A DNA stretch of 16,622 nucleotides from a bacterium (GTDB taxonomy: Bacteria > Krumholzibacteriota > Krumholzibacteriia > G020349025), in assembly GCA_031362565.1 (NCBI GenBank), contig JANLSU010000127.1:1-16622 (forward strand), written 5' to 3'. The notes under the pieces are model-generated. The model had not been told where the DNA came from. It worked only from the letters and a program-made list of their open reading frames with translations, and made no database searches. A program made the translations under genes and the position numbers. Below are positions 6,763 through 13,553 of the stretch, one piece after another. Positions within the stretch are counted from its first letter, which is position 1. Each line of letters opens with the position of its first letter.

Positions 6763-7065
6763 GTGAGGTGCGCGTGGGACGCGGCCAAGAGCGACGCGAA
6801 CCTTCGCGAGCGCGGCTTTGACTTCGCGTTCGCAAGCACCGTGTTCGATGCCCCGATACTCGTGTTCGAGGATACTCGCCGCGACTACGGCGAGCGCCGA
6901 TTCGCCTGTGTCGGCCTGGCGAGCGGAAGGCTTTTGACGGTGGTCTTTACCGACCGTCTTGGCCTGGACGACGAACCGGAGCGAAGAATCATCTCGGCGC
7001 GGCAGTGCAACCGTCGAGAGAGGGAACGGTATGAACAAGCAATCCCGAAGAGCCAGGGTTCCTAG
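6763..7065 (+). CDS. brnT: BrnT-family ribonuclease toxin
   Basis: WDAAKSDANLRERGFDF...DTRRDYGERR...RIISARQCNRRERERYE. Confidence 0.95.
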   Translation: MRCAWDAAKSDANLRERGFDFAFASTVFDAPILVFEDTRRDYGERRFACVGLASGRLLTVVFTDRLGLDDEPERRIISARQCNRRERERYEQAIPKSQGS

Positions 7066-7342
7066 CCGCGGCCGTGCAGACCTCGCTCGCCTGGACCGAA
7101 CGACGGAAGCGGAGATCGAGGCAACGTCTCCGCCGGAACTCGCGAACTTGCCGGAGACCTTTTGGGCGGAGGCCGTCTTGGTCGCGCCGATTCCGAAGCG
7201 CGCCATCTCGCTGCGCGTGGACGAAGACGTGCTGACGTGGTTCAAGTCGGCGGGCCCACGCTACCAATCCCGCATGAACGCTGTACTTCGCAGCTACATG
7301 ACTCACGTGCGCCGTCGCCGCCGTGGGCGGGGCGCGGCGTAG
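7031..7342 (+). CDS. brnA: BrnA-family antitoxin, 103 aa
   Basis: KRAISLRVDEDVLTWFKSAGPRYQSRMNAVLRSYM ribbon-helix-helix motif; overlaps the brnT 3' end. Confidence 0.95.
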   Translation: MNKQSRRARVPSRGRADLARLDRTTEAEIEATSPPELANLPETFWAEAVLVAPIPKRAISLRVDEDVLTWFKSAGPRYQSRMNAVLRSYMTHVRRRRRGRGAA

Positions 7343-7579
7343 CACGAGTCGTTGCGAGGCCGAAGTCGCTCGAAGTCCGGGCCTGAGTTTTAATCAGTTG
7401 TTCCCCGGGGTCGCGAAATCGTTTTCCCGCATCTCCCAGGCCGAACCGTCGGCATGCGGTATGCCCCGTTGCCTTCACATCGACGCTCGCTCTACCATTT
7501 GCACCCGATCCGCCCGGCATTGCGATCGAGCGGAGAAGGTGCCATGAACGGCTGTCCGACTCCAATCCTGGCGGTCCCA

Positions 7580-8044
7580 ATGGCGATTCGAATCGTACGC
7601 CTCGGAAGCGACCGCGCCCCAGGCGAAGGCCTGCGTATCGGTACGGTGCGCCGGCCCCCACGCGGCGTTCCCAAGAGCGACTTCGCACGGCTCGACTACT
7701 ACGACACCTGGCTGCCGCAACTCGCCCCCAGCACCGCGCTCTTCACTTGGGCGCGTTCCGAACCATGGACCGATCAACGATGGCGCGAGTTCGCGCGGCG
7801 CTACGGCGCCGAAATGCGCTCTCCGGACGTGCAGCACACGATTGCGCTCCTCGCCGCGCTCTCGGCGTCGGCAGACTTTTCCGTGGGTTGCTACTGCGAC
7901 GACGCAGCGCGCTGCCACCGATCGCTCTTGGCGGATTTGCTCAGGTCGCACGGGGCCAAGGTCGCCGCCGTGCCGAAGTCCGCTGACTCGCCGCCGCGGC
8001 GACCCTCTCGCACCAGCCGCATCCCGCGAGCCGCCGTCAAGTGA
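7580..8044 (+). CDS. DUF488-family protein
   Basis: MAIRIVRLGS...GTVRRPPRGVPK...WLPQLAPS...VGCYCDDAARCHRSLL; alternative start ATG 7544. Confidence 0.88.
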   Translation: MAIRIVRLGSDRAPGEGLRIGTVRRPPRGVPKSDFARLDYYDTWLPQLAPSTALFTWARSEPWTDQRWREFARRYGAEMRSPDVQHTIALLAALSASADFSVGCYCDDAARCHRSLLADLLRSHGAKVAAVPKSADSPPRRPSRTSRIPRAAVK

Positions 8045-8390
8045 GCGCCTAGCGACAGCCCGACCGCGACCACAAGTGACTGCCGGTACGCCGGCATTGC
8101 TTCCGGTGGGCTCGCACGTTCGTTTACAGTCACCGTATCGCAGGTAGACACACCGCGTGGCTAGCCGGCAGCGCGACACCGCAACACCCGTCCACCGCGC
8201 GAAGAATTCGGCTCGAGGGTCGCGGCACGTCTCCTGCGGGTCCGTCCGTTGCGCCTGAAGGACCGGCGACTGCCCGGCTTCGCAAAGGATGTTGTATGAT
8301 CACGATCGTCTGGACGCCGATCCCCGACCGACCAAGACGTGGACAACCTCCAAAGTGCGAGCCATGCTCCGGATGTCTGGTGGAGGCACG

Positions 8391-9101
8391 ATGACGAACG
8401 ACACTTGGAATCCGCGGGACGTACCGACATACGCTGTTACCGATGCTGGGCGACTCGTCGGGCTTCGCCCCGACCGCGTTCGCCGCTGGCTGCTCGGCTA
8501 CTCATACAAATATCGCCCAGCGGGCGCAGGGAACGAGCGCGAAGTCAGCCGGTCACCGGTGCTATTGCGTGTGGGCGCGCGGAGTTCACCCTTCGCATCG
8601 TTCCTGGACCTCGTAGATCTGCTGTTTGTGAAGAGCTTCCTTGAGCACGGAGTCTCTTTGCAGAAGCTCCGCATTGCACTCGACGAGGCAAGCACGCTCC
8701 TTGGGACGCCTCATTTTGCACAGCAGAAATTTTTCACCGACGGTCATGCCATCTTTCTCAAGGTCAACTCCGGAGGGCCGGCGCTCTTGCAGCTCATGAC
8801 CGGCGGCCAATGGGTCATCGCCCCGGTCATCACAGCGATGGCCAAGCGGATCGAGTTTCACCAACTGACGGGCCTTGCCGAACGCTGGTACCCCCTGGGG
8901 GCTGGCACGCCAGTCGTTCTGGATCCGAAGGTGTGCTTCGGAGCGCCGACAATCTTGGGACGCGGCACCGAAACGGCCGTCGTTCATGATTTATTCGTTG
9001 CCGAAAGACGGAACCTCAAGAGCGTTTGCTCATGGATGGATCTGAGACCCGAAGAGGTCAAGGCGGCCGTCGTATTCGAGGAGCAACTCGCCGCCGCATG
9101 A
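8391..9101 (+). CDS. HTH + DUF433 antitoxin (VapB45/Rv2018-like), 236 aa
   Basis: N-terminal HTH (YAVTDAGRLVGLRPDRVRRWL), SFLDLVDL, and C-terminal VVLDPKVCFGAPTI...EVKAAVVFE; GGAGG RBS. Confidence 0.88.
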   Translation: MTNDTWNPRDVPTYAVTDAGRLVGLRPDRVRRWLLGYSYKYRPAGAGNEREVSRSPVLLRVGARSSPFASFLDLVDLLFVKSFLEHGVSLQKLRIALDEASTLLGTPHFAQQKFFTDGHAIFLKVNSGGPALLQLMTGGQWVIAPVITAMAKRIEFHQLTGLAERWYPLGAGTPVVLDPKVCFGAPTILGRGTETAVVHDLFVAERRNLKSVCSWMDLRPEEVKAAVVFEEQLAAA

Positions 9102-9475
9102 CATTTTTCATCGACAACAACTTGAGTCAAGCGCTCGCGAAGGGCATGCATGGCTTCGGCGAGGACGTGATTCATCTCGTCGACAAATTTCCGTCGACAG
9201 CTCGGGATGAGGAATGGCTCAAGTATGTCGGGAAGAACGACATGTGCCTGGTAACGCGCGACGAGAAAATCCGCTCCCGACCCAACGAGCTGGCCGCCTT
9301 GAAAAACCACAAGGTCGGCGCATTCTTCCTCGGCGGCAAAAATCTATCGCGATGCACGATCATTCAGCAACTGGTGCGAAACTGGCCTCGGATGAAGGAG
9401 TACTCGGCAAAGACACCGCGTCCCTTCGCTTTTCGTGTCCCCGCGAATGGGACGACCTTCCAGAAACTGTTCTGA
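9098..9475 (+). CDS. PIN-like toxin (VapC45/DUF5615-like), 125 aa
   Basis: FFIDNNL...DEEWL...LVTRDEKIRSRPNELAAL; ATGA coupling to the antitoxin. Confidence 0.9.
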   Translation: MTFFIDNNLSQALAKGMHGFGEDVIHLVDKFPSTARDEEWLKYVGKNDMCLVTRDEKIRSRPNELAALKNHKVGAFFLGGKNLSRCTIIQQLVRNWPRMKEYSAKTPRPFAFRVPANGTTFQKLF

Positions 9476-9513
9476 GTTGAAGATCTGTTCCACGCCTCGG
9501 AGGTGCGCTGTAG

Positions 9514-9756
9514 ATGCCCGATTGGCGTCACTACATTGTGGCTGATCCCGCGGTTCTGGCGGGGAAGGCGGTCGTTCGCGATACGCGCCTGGCTGTCGAC
9601 TTCGTCCTTGGCTTGTTTGCGTCCGGGTGGACGGAAGATCAAGTGCTTCAGAATTATCCCAACTTCTCGCGCGACGCACTTCGAGCGGTCTTTGCATTCG
9701 CGGCCGAGAGTCTTGGCGACGAGGCGCTCGATCCCCGGAGGCGAACGACCGAATAG
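9514..9756 (+). CDS. Small DUF433 protein (orphan putative antitoxin)
   Basis: IVADPAVLAGKAVVRDTRLAVDFVLGLFASGWTEDQVLQNYP...DALRAVFAFAA; GGAGG RBS. Confidence 0.9.
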   Translation: MPDWRHYIVADPAVLAGKAVVRDTRLAVDFVLGLFASGWTEDQVLQNYPNFSRDALRAVFAFAAESLGDEALDPRRRTTE

Positions 9757-9769
9757 GTGTAGGGGTGCT

Positions 9770-10348
9770 ATGACACTGGACGAGGAGCGCTACAAGATTC
9801 TGTTCCGCGAGTACGCCCTTGGGCATTTGACGATGCGCGAGGTTGCTACGCTCCTTGGTCACGACGTAGTTGACGTACTCGTGGAGTTCGAACACCTCGG
9901 TGATAGCCGGACGATCGATCAAAACCGCCTGAATGCCTTCGAGCGCTCGACAATCTTGGAACGAATCGAGCGAGATCGGTTGGCGCGCGGCGGAGAGCCG
10001 GTGTACAGCGCCGACGCAGTCGCCCGTGACGTGATCGCAAGCGAGCGCCTCGAGCGCGTCGCTGGATCCTGCGCCACACCGAGTAGCGGCGCGGTCCGCA
10101 GCTCCGCAGCGGTCCCGGAGCAGGCGCGCTCTGAATCCGTGGCATTGACCGGGTTCAGGAATCGGTGGCACAATAGAACCATGCGTGACGAAGTCAAAAA
10201 GATCATCGAAGCGTTTGACGCGCTTCCGCCGGCAGAGCGAGTCGACTTCAGCTTTCCACAGGACGATGATCTAGTCGCCGCCGCCGACAATACCTTCCGA
10301 AGTTTCGACGACGGCGAGCGCGATCAGACTACTGGAGTAGCGCCATGA
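9770..10348 (+). CDS. Hypothetical, probably chimeric ORF: ~95 aa HTH-like protein reading through into a separate small gene
   Basis: ATG 9770 after AGGGG. The N-terminal part is protein-like (EYALGHLTMREVATLLG...ARDVIASERLE), followed by a low-complexity linker that contains a promoter at 10145-10174. Confidence 0.5.
   Translation: MTLDEERYKILFREYALGHLTMREVATLLGHDVVDVLVEFEHLGDSRTIDQNRLNAFERSTILERIERDRLARGGEPVYSADAVARDVIASERLERVAGSCATPSSGAVRSSAAVPEQARSESVALTGFRNRWHNRTMRDEVKKIIEAFDALPPAERVDFSFPQDDDLVAAADNTFRSFDDGERDQTTGVAP
10145..10174 (+). promoter_or_regulatory. Sigma70-like promoter, probably leaderless
   Basis: TTGACC, 18 bp spacer, CACAAT preceded by TGG; ATG 10181 lies 6 nt downstream. 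Confidence 0.55.
10181..10348 (+). CDS. Small acidic antitoxin-like protein (55 aa), possibly internally deleted
   Basis: MRDEVKKIIEAFDALPPAER...DDDLVAAADNTF resembles small helical putative antitoxins; has its own promoter and ATGA coupling to DUF2442. Confidence 0.5.
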   Translation: MRDEVKKIIEAFDALPPAERVDFSFPQDDDLVAAADNTFRSFDDGERDQTTGVAP

Positions 10349-10623
10349 CTCCCAAACTCGAGAGCGCCCAGTATGTAGCTGAGTACCGCATCTACCTCCG
10401 ATTCGCAGACGGCCGTCAAGGTGAACTCGACCTGGCGCAGGACCTGTGGGGCGAAGTATTCGAGCCGTTGCGCGATCCGGCGGCCTTCCGCGCCTTTGCG
10501 CTGGATCGGGAATTCAACACCATCGTTTGGCCCAACGGCGCCGACCTGGCCCCGGAGTTTCTGTATTCGGCCGTCTGCAATCCGGGAACGGGAACCGATG
10601 GCGGTCGTTCGGCCATTGGATAG
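10345..10623 (+). CDS. DUF2442 domain protein (putative antitoxin; usual DUF4160 partner absent)
   Basis: YRIYLRFADGRQGELDL...GEVFEPLRDPAAF...TIVWPNGADLAPEFLY. Confidence 0.92.
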   Translation: MTPKLESAQYVAEYRIYLRFADGRQGELDLAQDLWGEVFEPLRDPAAFRAFALDREFNTIVWPNGADLAPEFLYSAVCNPGTGTDGGRSAIG

Positions 10624-10656
10624 CGCAATGGACTGCGACGACCTGCTTCGTCCGGA

Positions 10657-10758
10657 CTACTCCCAGGCGTCGAGGAGTGCCCCGATGGCACCCAGCACAT
10701 CGAGCAGCATGCGCCTCGCGGCAACATACTCAGGCTCTGGGTTGACGGCGCCACTCCT
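10657..10758 (-). pseudogene. N-terminal stub of a nucleotidyltransferase-like toxin
   Basis: SGAVNPEPEYVAARRMLLDVLGAIGALLDAWE* resembles the YxxARRxLLDxL start of NTases found downstream of AbiEi-type genes. It has no start codon (AGG at the expected position) and stops before the catalytic region. Confidence 0.55.
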
Positions 10759-11125
10759 TCGCGGTTTTCACCATCTTTTCGATGAGCGTTTCGGCTTCTT
10801 GTGGCCCGCGTCCGGGGCTTGTCATCAGGTCTGCGGCGACCTGGCTTGAAGCCGCCGCCACGACGGTCATTGCTGGATTCGCGCCAACCGAGCGCCGCTG
10901 CGTTCTTTCGAACACAACATCGTCATACGGCTCGAGGAGCCAAACGTTCGCACCGGCATCCGCTGGGGTGAGGGCCAGCGTCCTGGCCGCGCGCTCGGCG
11001 TCGTCGACGTAGATCATCGCCAAGCGGGCTGGGGCAATGCCTGGTCCCGCCATCGACCCCGTAACGGCGTACCGTTCGACCTTCGCGACCTTGGCCGCGA
11101 GCGCCTCGAGTTCAACGCGGACCGC
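10730..11125 (-). pseudogene. C-terminal half of an AbiEi-type antitoxin (5' truncated; left-end coordinate exact, 11125 approximate)
   Basis: YAVTGS, GANVWLLEPYDDVVF and SQVAADLMTSPGRGPQEAE motifs. The N-terminal HTH region is replaced by an unrelated plus-strand gene. Confidence 0.7.
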
Positions 11126-12335
11126 ATCCGGAGCGTTCGAATCGGTGGCGTCCGGTGGGTGGCATCTATCCGTCGATGCCATCGACGGCACGCTGATCGT
11201 GCGTTACCACGGTGAAACCGATGTCGACGTGCGAAGCGGCGAGACCGCTCATGTGGATCTGGTGCTTGTCCCCACGACCGGCCGCATCAAGATTCACGTC
11301 CGCTGGGGTGAGGACAATCGCAACTGGTCGTCGACGTTCGGTGTGCCGGGCGCGATCGGGAACGGCGTCGAAATGTTATCGGAATACGATGGCGACCTCA
11401 TCGTCGGCGGTGGCTTCACGTCCATCGGCGGCATTGAGGCCGATGGCATCGCGCGCTGGGACGGCACGACGTGGCATCCGATCGGCAGCGGTGTGGGCGG
11501 GTCGGGGCAAGTGTGGACGGCGGCTCACTATGGCACTGACCTGATTGTGGGCGGCACGTTCACGACGATGAACGGCGAGCCGGCGCGCTACGTCGCACGC
11601 TGGGATGGCTCGTCGTGGCATGCGATGGGCGACATCAGTCCGCGCGGCGAGGGTAAAGTGCAGGCGCTTCTCGCTTGGAACGACACCCTGTATGCGAGCG
11701 GGGCGCTTGCTCAACCGGATGGTTCACAAACGGGCGTCGCTCGGTGGGACGGATCCGCGTGGCAGTACCTGCCCTACATCGGCGTCGATGCATCGGCACT
11801 CGCCGTGTATCAAGCGCATCTCATCGTCGGCGGGGGATTTCCGCTGCACGAAGGCGGGACAGCGTATATCGCCCAATGGACAGGCAGCGATTGGGAAATC
11901 CTCGGCGGGGACGTGGATGGCGGCGTCTCCGCCATGCTTCAGTACGGGCCCGATCTCATCGCGGTCGGCTGGTTCACGACGGCGGGCGGCACGGTCGCCG
12001 TCAACCACGCGGCGCGCTGGGATGCCACTGCATGGCACGCGATGGGTGATGGAATGGATGACATCGTCGGCCGTCTGACGATCTATCACGGCGATCTCAT
12101 CGCCGGAGGCGCCTTCAGCCACGTCGGCACGATGGCGTGGCCTGGTATCGCGCGTTGGAATGGCAATGCCTGGCGTCCACTGGGCGCAGGCCTCGACGGG
12201 ACGCGCGAGGAGCGCTCCTATCTCTTCCCGAGTGCCTTCGCCGTCACGACGTACGATGGCGCGCTCGTGGTCGGCGGTCGGTTCGACACGGCGGGCGAGA
12301 AGCCGGCGCGCGACCTGGCGTTGTGGCGGGATTAG
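11121..12335 (+). CDS. Beta-propeller repeat protein with an N-terminal beta-sandwich segment; appears 5'-truncated (start approximate)
   Basis: About 6 repeats of LIVGGxFTxxGGxxAxxIARWDGxxWxxxG. No signal peptide or RBS-supported start; the frame is open back to 11037 only through antisense AbiEi sequence. Confidence 0.8.
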   Translation, partial: TASGAFESVASGGWHLSVDAIDGTLIVRYHGETDVDVRSGETAHVDLVLVPTTGRIKIHVRWGEDNRNWSSTFGVPGAIGNGVEMLSEYDGDLIVGGGFTSIGGIEADGIARWDGTTWHPIGSGVGGSGQVWTAAHYGTDLIVGGTFTTMNGEPARYVARWDGSSWHAMGDISPRGEGKVQALLAWNDTLYASGALAQPDGSQTGVARWDGSAWQYLPYIGVDASALAVYQAHLIVGGGFPLHEGGTAYIAQWTGSDWEILGGDVDGGVSAMLQYGPDLIAVGWFTTAGGTVAVNHAARWDATAWHAMGDGMDDIVGRLTIYHGDLIAGGAFSHVGTMAWPGIARWNGNAWRPLGAGLDGTREERSYLFPSAFAVTTYDGALVVGGRFDTAGEKPARDLALWRD

Positions 12336-12459
12336 TAGAGCGAACCTTCGCGCCCCGCGATTTGTAGCGGCCACTCCGCGCGACGGGCGACGTGCCCGGG
12401 GGCGGCGTCAACGACATCGACACATCCTCGTCACACAAAGAATGACACATAAGCCGTAC

Positions 12460-12488
12460 TTGACAGTTATGCCATATTATCTTATCGT
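12460..12488 (+). promoter_or_regulatory. Sigma70-like promoter of the DUF6932-XRE operon
   Basis: TTGACA (12460-12465), 17 bp spacer, TATCGT (12483-12488) in an AT-rich patch. Confidence 0.65.
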
Positions 12489-12533
12489 CCTATCAGTCAA
12501 GCAGGAGCGAACCGGGGCATCCGCAGGTCTGGG

Positions 12534-13091
12534 ATGAAGGGGCTCTTGCCAGCCTTTACGGTCGATGGGCTGCTCCCGGCGGGAGACTACGAGCTGACGC
12601 TGAGCGAGCTGCGCGTGTCGATGTTGGTTGCGGGACCTACACCGGCGGTGCCCGGCTGGGACGCCGACTGGCGGGGGACACTCGTGGAGAATCTTGGCGT
12701 ATTGGTGGAGCAACTGGCGAGGGTCGGAATCACCGACGTGTTCGTGAACGGCTCGTTCGTCGAGGACAAAGCGCATCCCAACGACATCGACGGCTACTTC
12801 TGCTGCGACTTCGGCGACCTCGTCACTGGGGCGCTTCAGCGGCGCTTGAACATTCTGGACGCACACAAGGTGTGGACCTGGGATCCGAATTCTCGGCGCC
12901 CATATCGCGGATATCCCAAACAGCAGTTACCGATGTGGCACCAATACCGGGTGGAGCTGTATCCCCACTACGGGCAGTTCTGCAACATTCGTGATCAGCA
13001 CGGTCACGAACTGGAGTTTCCTGCGGCGTTTCGGCTGTCGCGGCGCAACGATGTGCCACGGGGCATTGTCAGGGTCAGGAGCCGGCCATGA
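12534..13091 (+). CDS. DUF6932-like protein, predicted pol-beta nucleotidyltransferase fold (putative toxin)
   Basis: LPAFTVDGLLPAGDY start, FVNGSFVEDKAHPNDIDG motif, and PRGIV end. Confidence 0.82.
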   Translation: MKGLLPAFTVDGLLPAGDYELTLSELRVSMLVAGPTPAVPGWDADWRGTLVENLGVLVEQLARVGITDVFVNGSFVEDKAHPNDIDGYFCCDFGDLVTGALQRRLNILDAHKVWTWDPNSRRPYRGYPKQQLPMWHQYRVELYPHYGQFCNIRDQHGHELEFPAAFRLSRRNDVPRGIVRVRSRP

Positions 13092-13552
13092 TTCGCACTG
13101 AAGCCGAATATCAAAAGGCGGTTCGCCGACTCGAGGAAGAGAAGCGCCGTGTTGTGGAGTATCGAACGCGTCTTGAGACGATGAGTCTGGGGCCCGAAGA
13201 GATCAAGCGTGCGCTGGATCCAATCCAGTCGTTTCATCTCCAGCTCGTGGAAGAGGTGCAGAGTTACGAGCGTCTCAAGCGCGGTGAGTTTGGAGAGCTG
13301 ACCAATCTGCACGGACTGGGCCGATTGCTTGTGGGGCTGCGCATTGCGTTGGGCCTCACGCAGCGCGAGCTGGCTGCGCGCCTCGATATCGATGAATCCC
13401 AGATCTCGCGCGATGAGCGTAACGAGTATCGCGGCATTTCGATCGAGCGCGCCAATCGCATTCTTGAAGTCATGAACGTGCAGCTCAAGAGCCGGTTCGA
13501 TACACCGGTCGAGAGCGCTGACCGCGCGATCAGCGCCCGTAGAGAACCTTGA
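13088..13552 (+). CDS. XRE-family HTH regulator (putative antitoxin)
   Basis: MIRTEAEYQKA start as in HigA-like proteins; LRIALGLTQRELAARLDIDESQISRDERNEY HTH; ATGA coupling. Confidence 0.9.
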   Translation: MIRTEAEYQKAVRRLEEEKRRVVEYRTRLETMSLGPEEIKRALDPIQSFHLQLVEEVQSYERLKRGEFGELTNLHGLGRLLVGLRIALGLTQRELAARLDIDESQISRDERNEYRGISIERANRILEVMNVQLKSRFDTPVESADRAISARREP

Positions 13553-13553
13553 T

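Noticed and set aside
12336..12372. Weak similarity to 1910-1942 (TAGAGCG...CGCGCCC.GCGA...GTAG) as a REP-like or cassette-boundary repeat
   Set aside because: It is short, gapped and GC-rich, with only two instances, so it cannot be distinguished from chance.
413..13552. Integron cassette array (many small TA genes)
   Set aside because: No recurring RYYYAAC...GTTRRRY attC structure between genes, mixed gene orientations and no intI. The GTTAGGC near 1323 is inside a CDS.
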